64,000 bases of DNA from an uncultured delta proteobacterium (GCA_963785365.1 CAWAUZ010000009.1:142724-206723), one strand, 5' to 3'. Shown: positions 33,096-42,973, counted from the first letter of the stretch. Notes: a model not told the origin generated them from the sequence alone. Made by a program: numbers and translations.

Positions 33096-33791
33096 TCAGC
33101 TGGTCCGGCGACGATTGTGCTCGTAGCGCATTTGCAGCATCTCCACCATCAGGGCAAATCCCATGGGCAGGTAGATATACGCTTTGGGGACATGCTTGTG
33201 CAGCCCTTCCATGAAAATGGTGACGCCGATCGTGATCAGAAATGAGAGCGCCAAAATTTTCAGGGCCGGATGTCGCAGGATAAATTCGCCGATCGGCCGG
33301 GCAAAAAAGAGAATCACCACGAAGGAGAGAACCACCGCCGAAATGATGATCCACAGCTCTTGCGTGAGGCCCACGGCCGTAATCACCGAATCAATCGAAA
33401 AGACAATGTCCAGCATGACGATTTGCGTGATGACGGCGGCAAACGTAGCACTTGCGGCCTGGCCGGAAGCATCGATCTCATCCTTCAATGAAACGGTGTG
33501 ATGGATTTCATGCACGGCTTTGTATATCAGGAATAGGCCCCCGGCCAGCAGGATCAGATCTCTCACCGAAAAGGTGGCGATGACAGGCCGGGTGAGACTG
33601 GCCAGCGCCAAGACCACCACCAACATGACGAGACGGGCCAGCATGGCCATGCTCAATCCAATAATACGGGCCTTTTGGCGTTGCCCCTCGGGCAGTCGCC
33701 CGACAAAAATGGCGATCACCAGCACATTGTCAACGCCGAGCACCAGCTCCAAACCAATCAGCAGGGCCAGCAACCCCAACGCATCAGCCAT
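33096..33791 (-). CDS. TerC family membrane protein
   Basis: LELVLGVDN, DIVFSIDSVITAVG, KAYIY. Confidence 0.92.
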   Translation of the reverse strand: MADALGLLALLIGLELVLGVDNVLVIAIFVGRLPEGQRQKARIIGLSMAMLARLVMLVVVLALASLTRPVIATFSVRDLILLAGGLFLIYKAVHEIHHTVSLKDEIDASGQAASATFAAVITQIVMLDIVFSIDSVITAVGLTQELWIIISAVVLSFVVILFFARPIGEFILRHPALKILALSFLITIGVTIFMEGLHKHVPKAYIYLPMGFALMVEMLQMRYEHNRRRTS

Positions 33792-34065
33792 GGCCTCCTC
33801 CGTTGCCGCATGTGATCCACACGGTTCAAATAGTAAAATGGGTGCGCGGGGTCAACTGTAAACCGTTTTCCGGTTCTGGTTCCCGGAGAGGGCGCCAGCG
33901 CAGCTCGCGGCGGTCGGCCATCCAGTGCCATCGGGGCGGGCGCACGCCTGGCCGCACGCCGGCGGCATGCCGGGCCAATCAGCGGTGCGCCGTGTGTCTT
34001 CGATTTTCCAACAGCTGGACGAAAAGGACTCGGGGGGGCAAGAACACCTGAAGCGTCTGAAAATC

Positions 34066-34950
34066 CTAACGATCGGCCGAGGCGGCATACACGGGTAGCA
34101 GGCCGGCAAAAAGAGACACCAGGTCACCGGCGATGCTCTGCTTTTTTTCGATGACAGCGGATTTGTCGATCTGTTTTTCAATTCGCAGATCCATGTCGCC
34201 GGACTGGCCCGCATTGACTAAAAACGGTTGCAGCGTCACCACGGATCCCGCTTTCTGATCCACGGTGCGGTTTACCCACTGGTCGTCTTCAAGCACCAAA
34301 GCCCCGGAAAACCCCTGTCCGGACAGATCGCGCAATGACAGATCGTAGGATCGAACCTGTTTGGCCAACCAGGCATCATTCTCCGGCTTTTCCAACCAGG
34401 TCATCAACGACTGCCAGTCACTTTTTTCAGCACTGGATGAATCGGGTGCGGGTACGAGCAGACCGTAAAAGAGGTGATTGTCTGCGGTGCGGGCGTGGAA
34501 TTTGGTTTGAAACTTGAGATCGGCCTGCTTTTGACGCTGGATGTCGATCCAATTGACCTCGGGCTTTCGGAGCACCGCCCAGGAGTTGAACGTGAAGGCT
34601 TTGGTCTTGAACTGTTTGGCAACCGCTCCGCCCAATTGTCCGCGGCCGCGCCAGGTGGTCTTCGAGATGGTGCTGCTGAAATCACTGTCGGCAAGGCCTG
34701 AAAAGGCTTTGGCCTTTTTGGAAGCCGACGCTTTGGCTTTCTTTTCTTTCTGAATCGCCATTTCCACCGCCTGCTGCTTCTCGAAGCGCATACGTTCGAT
34801 GATCCGCCGCTGCAGGTCGATGGGGGTCGATATCTGCTCGCCGTCTTCCCAGCGGATGTCCATGGAACTTCTTCCTATGGCAACCACCTCGAAGATCCCT
34901 TTCATATTCTCATATCGTTCACCAATTTTAAATTTAATCTCTTCTGTCAT
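34066..34950 (-). CDS. Hypothetical protein
   Basis: Long ORF with GGAG RBS; N-terminal small beta-rich domain, Lys/Ala linker, globular C-terminal domain. Confidence 0.75.
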   Translation of the reverse strand: MTEEIKFKIGERYENMKGIFEVVAIGRSSMDIRWEDGEQISTPIDLQRRIIERMRFEKQQAVEMAIQKEKKAKASASKKAKAFSGLADSDFSSTISKTTWRGRGQLGGAVAKQFKTKAFTFNSWAVLRKPEVNWIDIQRQKQADLKFQTKFHARTADNHLFYGLLVPAPDSSSAEKSDWQSLMTWLEKPENDAWLAKQVRSYDLSLRDLSGQGFSGALVLEDDQWVNRTVDQKAGSVVTLQPFLVNAGQSGDMDLRIEKQIDKSAVIEKKQSIAGDLVSLFAGLLPVYAASADR

Positions 34951-35009
34951 GCATTTCTCCTTGTGGTACAATTACCTGAAAACACAAGCATGGGCGATCA
35001 ACTACCGAG

Positions 35010-35363
35010 CTAATCCGCGGCGAGCTCGGCAAGAAACAATTCGGTGTCGTCAAAGAAGAGGTCGACACAGCGATCGTTGTCTTCCTGGAACAGATCGATT
35101 ACCGTCTCGGCGATTTTGGCGGCATAGGGCGCAATGGGATATAAGTTGGGCGTCCGCAACAGTTCCACCAGTTCATCGCATCCTGCCGCGGCCGCCCTGG
35201 CAACCGCCTGGCTTTCATAATCCTGCTCGCAGATCAAATCGAAGTGATCTTCTCGCAGCAGGGTCGATTTCACATTCTTGGTGTCTTTTTCCACAACGGC
35301 AAACTCTTTTATGTTCAGCGTGTGTTTCGCTATAGACTGGCAAATCCGGTATTTTTGTCTCAT
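35010..35363 (-). CDS. Hypothetical protein
   Basis: GGAGAG RBS; MRQKYRI...LRTPNLYPIAPYAAKIAE. Confidence 0.7.
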   Translation of the reverse strand: MRQKYRICQSIAKHTLNIKEFAVVEKDTKNVKSTLLREDHFDLICEQDYESQAVARAAAAGCDELVELLRTPNLYPIAPYAAKIAETVIDLFQEDNDRCVDLFFDDTELFLAELAAD

Positions 35364-35551
35364 GGTATCTCTCCACACGATCCTGGCGCCGCTCACGGGA
35401 ATCAAAGGCGTGGCAACCAGACCGTGCTGCGCGAGTAATCTTCACCGTCTCCGTCGTCGCTGGGGAGGTGGCGTCCCGGTTCAAGGGAGGGCAATGGTCG
35501 CAACCGATGGGCAGGACTGGAAATGGTCCAACCAGACAACTGTTAGCCGTG

Positions 35552-35580
35552 AGTTTATATGGATACCCGTCGTTTGTCAA
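35552..35580 (-). promoter_or_regulatory. Sigma70-type promoter
   Basis: TTGACA-N17-TAAACT on the minus strand. Confidence 0.6.
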
Positions 35581-35641
35581 ATAGACGAAGCTTTTCGGCC
35601 ACTGCAACCGCACGCTTGGCGGTGCCGTCCCTGGCGGGCAG

Positions 35642-35977
35642 CTATTTGACCACTTTCAGGCGATGACCGGCCATCAGGCGCTTTTGGAGGGCTTTCAAAA
35701 TCACATATGAGGCCTGCTCGGGGGTGATGACGGTCATGGCGGCCGCCGACCGGCAGGCTGCCATCAAGGGGTCGTTTCCGGGCAGGCGGAATTCCCGACG
35801 AATGAAGACGCCATAAGCGCGATGAAAGTCGACCAAGGCGGCTTCGCTCATGTTGGTCAGACGGGTTCGATCCGCAAACGAAATGTCGGCGCTGAGGATC
35901 TCGACGGCTTTTTCCACCGTCGGCGGAAATTTTTCAAAAAAGGTATCCATGGCAATCATCGGTCGGGAAGCGGTCAA
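35642..35977 (-). CDS. Hypothetical protein (DUF6794-like)
   Basis: PPTVEKAVEIL...YGVFIRREFRL.GNDPLM..C; overlaps the upstream ORF. Confidence 0.6.
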   Translation of the reverse strand: MTASRPMIAMDTFFEKFPPTVEKAVEILSADISFADRTRLTNMSEAALVDFHRAYGVFIRREFRLPGNDPLMAACRSAAAMTVITPEQASYVILKALQKRLMAGHRLKVVK

Positions 35978-36243
35978 CTGTCACATCGGAAGGGATAAAA
36001 GTGGAAATAGCAGTAGCCGCCGGGATCGCCGTACATCACCTCGGTCTCCATCATGCAGGTGCCGATCATCTGTCTGGAAACGTCGGCGTAATCGGGTTGC
36101 GCCTCCTCCTTTTGTTTGCAGGCCAGACAAATAGGCTTGTGATCGATGACGGACAAAATGCGCTGGTCCGATGGGGCCAATTTGACATTGCATCGCTCAC
36201 AGGCAACTGCACAGGACAGTTCTTTTTCCCATTGATCTTTCAT
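35974..36243 (-). CDS. Small Cys-rich hypothetical protein
   Basis: CxxxCxxC, CxxC and CYxHFxPFxC; GGGAG RBS. Confidence 0.7.
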   Translation of the reverse strand: MKDQWEKELSCAVACERCNVKLAPSDQRILSVIDHKPICLACKQKEEAQPDYADVSRQMIGTCMMETEVMYGDPGGYCYFHFYPFRCDS

Positions 36244-36354
36244 TCGGTCATCTCCCTTCCGCAGGTGGTTGTCGGCACGGATTGATGGTGAATATTAAAA
36301 TAACGCCGGGAAACCCATTTTCAAGCCCACCACCGTCGGCAGGAAAATTACCAT

Positions 36355-37377
36355 CTATCTGACGCTTCTGATGCTGACGATGCCACGGTCCACCGCGGCC
36401 GCACGTGCCGTGCCGGTCAGGACCATGGCGGATTTCAATTCCTCGGCAATCTTGCCAATGTAGTTGGTCACCCCCTCGCCAAGCCCGCCGACGGCGGCAA
36501 TGGAAAAGGGCCGGCCGATCATCACCGCATCGGCTCCCAGGGCCAGCATCTTCAGGACGTCACCGCCACTGCGGATGCCGCCATCGGCCAGAACGGCGAT
36601 CCGCCCGTTGACGGCATCGGCAATCTCGGGCAGCACCTCGGCCGCACCCGGCGTGTGGTCCAGAACCCGTCCGCCGTGATTGGAAACGACGATGGCGTCG
36701 ACACCCGCATCGACGGCCAACAGGGCATCCGCGACCGTCATCACACCTTTTAAGATGAATTTCGCATCGATCCGGTCGATGATCTCGGCCAACCGCTGCG
36801 GCGTTTTGGGTGAAACCGGTCGGCCCATCTTCTTGAGCGTTATCAGTCCGGCGGCATCGATGTCCATGCCAAGGATCGGCGCACCGGCGTCCAGGGCCCG
36901 GTCCACCTTCTGGAAAAGCTCCGCCGCTTCCCACGGCTTGATGAATGCAACCCCTTTACCGCCCGCCTCCTTGATGGCTGCATACCCAGCCTGGTGAATA
37001 AAATCCGGCACGCCGTCACCCACGCAACCCAATATGCCGGCATCCGCGCATCCGTGAATGATGGCGGAGATGTAATCTTCTTCGGTAACCTGGCCGCCCA
37101 TGTTGAAAGAGACACCGCCGATGGGTGCAGCCAGGAGCGGCAGTGCCAGGGGCTGGCCCAGTAGTTCGATGCGGGTATCCGGCTCGGCGGCATCGTGCAG
37201 CAGCCGCATGTTGAACCGCACGGCTTCCAGAGACGTCAAGTTGGCCTTAAAGGCGCTTCCGGTCCCCAAGCCCCCCATTCCCGGGACTTCACCAGCACAC
37301 GCCCGGCCGTCGCACACCGGGCAGACCCGGCAATACCCTTTCATGCGCTCCCGGGCCACGTTTACGATAGATTCCAT
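36355..37377 (-). CDS. FMN-dependent alpha-hydroxy acid oxidase/dehydrogenase
   Basis: SNHGGRVLD, DGGIRSGGDVLK, KGVMT; N-terminal CRVCPVCDGRAC typical of anaerobe members. Confidence 0.92.
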   Translation of the reverse strand: MESIVNVARERMKGYCRVCPVCDGRACAGEVPGMGGLGTGSAFKANLTSLEAVRFNMRLLHDAAEPDTRIELLGQPLALPLLAAPIGGVSFNMGGQVTEEDYISAIIHGCADAGILGCVGDGVPDFIHQAGYAAIKEAGGKGVAFIKPWEAAELFQKVDRALDAGAPILGMDIDAAGLITLKKMGRPVSPKTPQRLAEIIDRIDAKFILKGVMTVADALLAVDAGVDAIVVSNHGGRVLDHTPGAAEVLPEIADAVNGRIAVLADGGIRSGGDVLKMLALGADAVMIGRPFSIAAVGGLGEGVTNYIGKIAEELKSAMVLTGTARAAAVDRGIVSIRSVR

Positions 37378-37488
37378 GAACCGTCTCCTTTTCTCGGCGA
37401 CCCGCCCTCACGACCCATATGCCCAGGAACCGCCGCCAGCTTTCCAGGGGCAATCGAATCCAACCGTTCCAATCCCGCTGTCGGCCCG

Positions 37489-38799
37489 TTAGAGCCGCCA
37501 GTAGGCCATCGCCGCTTTCTCGGCCGTGCCGGGTTCAAAGGCGCTTTTCACATCCACCACCACGGCGCGGTCTCCGTTGCACAAGTCGGCCAGCCGACCC
37601 AACCCCATCTCCTGGTAAGGTTTGTGGGCCACCGCCACCACCAGGGCATCCACCCCATGCAACCGCTCCAGCGGTTTCAAGTCGACGCCGTAATAAGTTT
37701 TGGCTTCATCCGGGTCGGCCAGTGGGTCGTGGACCAACACCTCGATGCCGTAATCTTCCAGTTCGGCAATGATGTCGACCACGCGGGTGTTGCGCAGGTC
37801 GGGAACGTCCTCCTTGAAGGTAATCCCCAGCAGGCCGACACGGGTGTGTTTGATCTGTTTGCCCTCCTGGATCATCATTTTGACCAAGCGCTCGGCCACG
37901 TACTTGCCCATCCGGTCGTTGATGCGCCGGCCGGCCAGAATCATCTCGGGATGGTAGCCGATGGACTGGGCCTTGAATGTCAGGTAGTAAGGGTCGACAC
38001 CGATACAGTGGCCTCCCACCAAACCGGGTTTGAACGGCAAAAAATTCCACTTGGTGCCGGCCGCTTCGAGCACGGCCATGGTGTCGATCCCCATGAGGTC
38101 GAAAATCATGGACAGCTCGTTCATCAGGGCAATGTTCAGGTCGCGCTGGGTATTCTCGATCACCTTGGCCGCCTCGGCCACCTTGAGCGTGGGAGCGACG
38201 TGGATGCCGGCCTTGACCACCGTGCCGTAGACCTGCTCCAGCAGCCTGGCCGTGGCGGCGTCCGACCCGGACACGATTTTCATGATCTTGTCGACCGTGT
38301 GCACCTTGTCGCCGGGATTGATCCGCTCCGGCGAATAGCCGACCGTAAAATCCCGGCCGAACACCAGCCCCGATGCCTTTTCGAGAATCGGGACGCACAC
38401 ATCCTCGGTGGCACCGGGATACACTGTGGACTCGAAAACCACGCAGCTGCCTTTGGCCAAATGCTGTCCCGTGGCCTCGGAAGCGCTGCGAAGCGGTGTC
38501 AGATCCGGGTTGCGATGCGAATCGATGGGGGTGGGTACGGCAACGATGATCAGCCGGCACTCACCGAGGTGGCGGGGATCGTCGGTGTAGGCTACCGTGG
38601 CGGCGGCCATTTCGGCATCGGACACCTCCAAGGTGCGATCCTGACCGGATTTCAGCTCGGCGATCCGGCTGGATTTGAAATCGTACCCGACCACGTCGAA
38701 GTGCCGGGACAGATGAACGGCCAACGGCAACCCCACGTAACCCAGGCCCACCACCGCTATTTTGGCTTGCTTCGCTTTCAGGGCATCAAACGTCAACAT
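37489..38799 (-). CDS. Nucleotide-sugar dehydrogenase (TviB/WbpO-like)
   Basis: GLGYVGLP, ESTVYPG, YSPERINPGD, GGHCIGVDPYYL. Confidence 0.93.
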   Translation of the reverse strand: MLTFDALKAKQAKIAVVGLGYVGLPLAVHLSRHFDVVGYDFKSSRIAELKSGQDRTLEVSDAEMAAATVAYTDDPRHLGECRLIIVAVPTPIDSHRNPDLTPLRSASEATGQHLAKGSCVVFESTVYPGATEDVCVPILEKASGLVFGRDFTVGYSPERINPGDKVHTVDKIMKIVSGSDAATARLLEQVYGTVVKAGIHVAPTLKVAEAAKVIENTQRDLNIALMNELSMIFDLMGIDTMAVLEAAGTKWNFLPFKPGLVGGHCIGVDPYYLTFKAQSIGYHPEMILAGRRINDRMGKYVAERLVKMMIQEGKQIKHTRVGLLGITFKEDVPDLRNTRVVDIIAELEDYGIEVLVHDPLADPDEAKTYYGVDLKPLERLHGVDALVVAVAHKPYQEMGLGRLADLCNGDRAVVVDVKSAFEPGTAEKAAMAYWRL

Positions 38800-38990
38800 T
38801 ACCGATTTCTCCTTGCTTGGGCAGTTTTTTGTCGTTTATCGGTAACCCCACAAGGCTTCATGAGGGTTAATCGCCACGTCCCGTCCTACACCATTTTTTA
38901 CCAATAAAAAAGCACGTTGCTACAGCCGCACACCTTCGTCCATATTCGCCTGGCAAACACGAAATGGACCGATCGCAGCCGACACATGGC

Positions 38991-39701
38991 TCATTTCAAT
39001 TGAAGCCGCTCGAGGAGCTGCCTGGTTTCAGCGCGCGTCAGCCGCCGCCAGGCGCCTTTTGGCAGGCTGCCCAGGGTTACATCGGCCACGCGAATCCGGT
39101 GCAGTTCGACCACGCGGTTGCCAACCTGTTGAACCATCCGTCGAATTTGACGGTTGCGTCCCTCCATTAGAACGATTCGGAATACGCGGCCGGCGATCCG
39201 TCTAGTGCGCGCCGGCCGGGTCGCGACGCCGGACAGGGAGATGCCGGCCGCCATCGCGGCAAGCCCGGCGTCGTCGATGGGCCACTGCACCGTCACCTCA
39301 TACTCTTTTTCGTGATCGAACGAGGGGTGGGACAGGCGATGATGAATGCGGCCGTCGTTGGTCAGCAGCAGCAGTCCGGTTGAATCCTTGTCCAGACGCC
39401 CCACCGGAAAAAGCCGCTGCGGCAGGTCCACCAGATCGGTAACCACGGCCTGATTTCGGTGGCGGCAGCTGGTCACGTAACCTTCGGGCTTGTTGAGCAT
39501 CACATAGATGCGGCGCTCTGATACCGCCACCAGCGCCCCTTTGAGGCGGACCGTATCGGTTTCCGGATCGATTTTGGTGCCCAGCGCGGTAACCACGCGT
39601 CCGTTGACGGCCACCTGGCCGGCCATGATGTGGCGCTCCCCCTGCCGGCGGGAGCAGGCGCCGGCCTGGGAGAGAAATTTTTGGAGTCTAACCATTGCCA
39701 T
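38991..39701 (-). CDS. rRNA pseudouridine synthase (RsuA/RluB/F family)
   Basis: S4 domain RLQKFLS..SRR, NKPEG, GRLDKDSTGLLLLTND, EGRNRQIRRM. Confidence 0.92.
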   Translation of the reverse strand: MAMVRLQKFLSQAGACSRRQGERHIMAGQVAVNGRVVTALGTKIDPETDTVRLKGALVAVSERRIYVMLNKPEGYVTSCRHRNQAVVTDLVDLPQRLFPVGRLDKDSTGLLLLTNDGRIHHRLSHPSFDHEKEYEVTVQWPIDDAGLAAMAAGISLSGVATRPARTRRIAGRVFRIVLMEGRNRQIRRMVQQVGNRVVELHRIRVADVTLGSLPKGAWRRLTRAETRQLLERLQLK

Positions 39702-39717
39702 GGCAAAAGGCAGCGCG

Positions 39718-40899
39718 TCACGACCGGTAGTCGGCGTTGATCTTGACGTAGTCGAGGGAGAAGTCGCAGGTCAGCATGCTGGCAGACCCGTCTCCCACGT
39801 GCAGATCCAAAACAACGGAAAATTCGGGCTGTTTGAGGACCGCGGTCGCCCGTCGTTCGGCATCCTCACCGCAACCGGTCCCGCCGGCCACCATCTGCAC
39901 GTCGTCGAAGTGAAGACTCAACCGATCCGGATCCAGAAAAGCACCGGCCCGCCCGGCCGCAGCGACGATGCGACCCCAATTGGCATCCTCTCCGAAAAAA
40001 GCCGTCTTGACCAGCGGAGAATGGGAGATCACATCGGCAATGGTGTGGGCATCTGCATCCGAACGGGCCCCGCACACCGTCAGGTCGACCACTTTGGTAA
40101 CCCCCTCACCGTCCCGCACCATCTGGCGGGCCAGGTCTTTTAGCAAGTCGGTCAACAGTTGACCGAAAAGCGCCCGTTGGGCGCTTGTTGCGATGGCGGC
40201 GCCTGAGGCACCGTTGGCCATCAGAACGACCGTGTCATTGGTGCTGGTGTCCCCGTCGATGGTGATGCGGTTGAAAGAGGCGTCCACAGCGCCCTGCAGC
40301 GCCGCCTGCAATGGGTCGGCGGCAATCTGGGCATCCGTGACGACAAAGCACAGCATCGTGGCCATGTCGGGCCGGATCATGCCGGCCCCTTTGGCCACGG
40401 CCACGATTCGATAGGGGACCGCCCCCGGGCCTTCCCGCAGGCCCATTTTCGGTCGGGTGTCGGTGGTCATGATGGCGTGCGCCAGATGAGGGATGCCGCC
40501 CGCGTCCAGACGCTCGACCAGTTGGGGAATTGCCGAGGTCACCTTGTGGATCGGAAACGGGACGCCGATCACACCGGTCGATGCCGCCAGCACGTGGTTT
40601 TCGCTGATCTTCAAGGCCGCGGCCACCGCGGCGGTCATTGACCTGGCAGCGGCCGCGCCGGGTTTTCCGGTGGCGCAGTTGGCATTGCCCGAATTCACGA
40701 TCACCGCCTGGGCGACGCCGCATCGAACCCGTTCACGGTCCAAGGTGACCGGCGCCGCCTGAACCCGGTTTTGCGTGAAGACGGCCGCCACCGCAGCCGG
40801 TCGATCGGACACCAGCAGCCCTAGATCCAGGGTACCGTTCTTTTTGAGTCCCGCGGACACCCCGCAGGCGCTAAACCCCCTACAGGTCATCACCGTCAT
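39718..40899 (-). CDS. argJ: Bifunctional ornithine acetyltransferase / N-acetylglutamate synthase
   Basis: NSGNANCATG, STGVIG, KGAGMIRPDMATML, DGDTSTND, DANWGR, INADYRS. Confidence 0.97.
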   Translation of the reverse strand: MTVMTCRGFSACGVSAGLKKNGTLDLGLLVSDRPAAVAAVFTQNRVQAAPVTLDRERVRCGVAQAVIVNSGNANCATGKPGAAAARSMTAAVAAALKISENHVLAASTGVIGVPFPIHKVTSAIPQLVERLDAGGIPHLAHAIMTTDTRPKMGLREGPGAVPYRIVAVAKGAGMIRPDMATMLCFVVTDAQIAADPLQAALQGAVDASFNRITIDGDTSTNDTVVLMANGASGAAIATSAQRALFGQLLTDLLKDLARQMVRDGEGVTKVVDLTVCGARSDADAHTIADVISHSPLVKTAFFGEDANWGRIVAAAGRAGAFLDPDRLSLHFDDVQMVAGGTGCGEDAERRATAVLKQPEFSVVLDLHVGDGSASMLTCDFSLDYVKINADYRS

Positions 40900-40995
40900 A
40901 GCGTTTCTTTCTTGCGGCCTGGGCCCACATGCGACATGTTTCGCCATAAATTACCCAATTTCCTCTTGATGTCAATCGGTCAGAGATCAAGACGC

Positions 40996-41024
40996 TTGCA
41001 AACTGCCCCCGATTGGCCTAATAC
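40996..41024 (+). promoter_or_regulatory. Possible sigma70 promoter for the selenoprotein-AEC-truA unit
   Basis: TTGCAA-N17-TAATAC. Confidence 0.4.
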
Positions 41025-41111
41025 ACGCTTGTCTGCCAGGGCCGGATGTACCCGATTGGGCATACCAGCGCGCGTCGATTGCCAATGGCAGATGACGACA
41101 AGGAGCACCCC

Positions 41112-41291
41112 GTGGAAAAAACACCCCATTGCAAGCCGTGCGGGACCGCCCTGATCCTGAAGCGGACCTGACGGTCGGTTCGTTTATGGTGCCCGGGATG
41201 CGGCGCCGAATATCCGCTGTCCGAATTCATTCACCTCATGGACGACACCATGGAGCGGCAACTGGCGGCGATGCGGTGTGACCGGTTGTAG
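41112..41291 (+). CDS. Small dual-CxxC selenoprotein (59 aa, CxxC...U...CxxC)
   Basis: AAGGAG RBS, GTG start; MEKTPHCKPCGTALILKRT-TGA(41169-41171)-RSVRLWCPGCGAEYPLSEFIHLMDDTMERQLAAMRCDRL-TAG; GGTGCC/GGCGCC hairpin 3' of the UGA. Confidence 0.8.
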
Positions 41292-41297
41292 GCCTCA

Positions 41298-42218
41298 ATG
41301 ATCATTCTCGACAACCTGCTGCCGGTTTTTGCACTCATCGGCCTGGGCGCCTTGCTCAAGCATCTGCGCCTGACCGGCGAGGCCTTTCTGAAGACCTCCG
41401 ACAGACTGGTTTATTTCATTTTTTTCCCGGTCCTGCTGTTTTGGAAAATCGGCGCGTCACCGCCTTTAGACAAGCAGGCCGGCGACTTGATCGGCGCCGC
41501 CTTCTGCGCCGTGGGCACCGTCTACCTGATCAGCGCCGTCTGCCTGAAACTGTTTAACATATCCCGTTTCGCCGCCGGATCGTTTTCCCAGAGCTGTTAC
41601 CGCTTCAACACTTATGTCGGCATGGCCGTCATCATCAACTCGCTCGGTGAAGCCGGTGTGGCACGGTTCGGCATTCTGATCGGATTCATCATTCCCATCA
41701 TCAATGTCCTGGCAGTTTCCACCTTGATCTGGTACGCCGACGAGGCCATCTGTATGCGCAAGCGCCTGACCATCACCGGGCGAGCCCTGATTTCCAATCC
41801 GCTGATCATCGGTTGCATCGCCGGCATGCTGTATGCCCGCCTGGTCGGGGCGTTTCCAGCCTTTCTGGACAACACCTTGCGCCTGGCCGGGCTGGTGTCG
41901 CTGCCGCTGGCGCTGCTCTCGATTGGGGGGACCTTGACCCTCAAGGCGCTCGGCACCCACCTGGTCCAGGCCGGGCTGGGTTGCGCTATCAAGCTTGTGA
42001 TCCTGCCGGTCGTCGGTTGGATCTTTCTCAAGGCCCTGGCGGCCTCCCCCTTGTCCGTTCAGGTGGGCATGCTCTTTTTCGCCCTGCCCACCTCGCCGGC
42101 CATCATCGTGCTCTCCTCCCAGCTCAACAGCGACACCGAGTTTGCGTCGGCGGCCATCTTGCTTTCCACGCTGCTCTCTTTCTTTTCCATGAGTGCCGTG
42201 CTATTGCTTTTCGGATAG
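41298..42218 (+). CDS. AEC (auxin efflux carrier) family transporter
   Basis: LPVFALI, LVYFIFFP, RFNTYVG, NPLII, LPLALLSIG, KLVILP; about 10 TM helices. Confidence 0.9.
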   Translation: MIILDNLLPVFALIGLGALLKHLRLTGEAFLKTSDRLVYFIFFPVLLFWKIGASPPLDKQAGDLIGAAFCAVGTVYLISAVCLKLFNISRFAAGSFSQSCYRFNTYVGMAVIINSLGEAGVARFGILIGFIIPIINVLAVSTLIWYADEAICMRKRLTITGRALISNPLIIGCIAGMLYARLVGAFPAFLDNTLRLAGLVSLPLALLSIGGTLTLKALGTHLVQAGLGCAIKLVILPVVGWIFLKALAASPLSVQVGMLFFALPTSPAIIVLSSQLNSDTEFASAAILLSTLLSFFSMSAVLLLFG

Positions 42219-42232
42219 GTGGGAAACGGACG

Positions 42233-42973
42233 GTGGGAAACACATTCAAGCTGGTTATCGAATATGATGGAACCGGTTTCCATGGCTGGCAGCGCCAGAA
42301 GAACGATCGAACCGTTCAGGAAACGATCGAAGCCGCGCTGACCCTCATGACCCGCGAGCCCGTCGTCCTGATCGGATCGGGCCGCACCGACGCGGGCGTA
42401 CACGCCATGGCACAAGCGGCTGGCTTCACGACCCGATCCCGGTTGAATGCCACCGCCATTATCAACGGCTTAAACAGCCTGCTGCCCGACGATGTCGTCA
42501 TCCGCGACTGCGTCTGCATGCCCAACACATTTCACGCCCGTTTCCATGTGAAATCCAAGCACTACCGCTATCACATCCGCAACCGCAGCTTACCTGCCGC
42601 TATTGGCCGCCAGTTCGCCTGGCACATCCGCAAACCGTTGGACCGGTCGGCCATGGCGCAGGCGGCCGAATGGCTGGTCGGCACCCACGATTTCCAGGCC
42701 TTTGAGGGCGCGGGCAGCCCCAGGGCACACACGGTCAGAACCGTCTTGCGATCCACCGTACAGACCACCGATGACGGCCACCTGACCTATGACGTCGAGG
42801 CCGATGGGTTTTTACGTTTCATGGTCAGAAATATGGTGGGGACGCTGGTGGAGGTCGGCCTGGGGAAGCGCGCTCCCGATGACATGCAGCGCATCCTAAA
42901 ATCCAGGGATCGATCGTGTGCCGGCGCCACGGCGCCGCCCCAGGGTCTGTTCCTGGTTGACGTCAGTTATTGA
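42233..42973 (+). CDS. truA: tRNA pseudouridine(38-40) synthase
   Basis: EYDGTGFHGWQRQ, GSGRTDAGVHA, FHARF, GFLRFMVRNMVG, TAPPQGL. Confidence 0.97.
   Translation: MGNTFKLVIEYDGTGFHGWQRQKNDRTVQETIEAALTLMTREPVVLIGSGRTDAGVHAMAQAAGFTTRSRLNATAIINGLNSLLPDDVVIRDCVCMPNTFHARFHVKSKHYRYHIRNRSLPAAIGRQFAWHIRKPLDRSAMAQAAEWLVGTHDFQAFEGAGSPRAHTVRTVLRSTVQTTDDGHLTYDVEADGFLRFMVRNMVGTLVEVGLGKRAPDDMQRILKSRDRSCAGATAPPQGLFLVDVSY

Noticed and set aside
33792-34065. yybP-ykoY (Mn2+) riboswitch upstream of terC
   Set aside because: Could not find the conserved motif, and a promoter-like TTGACC lies close to the start codon.
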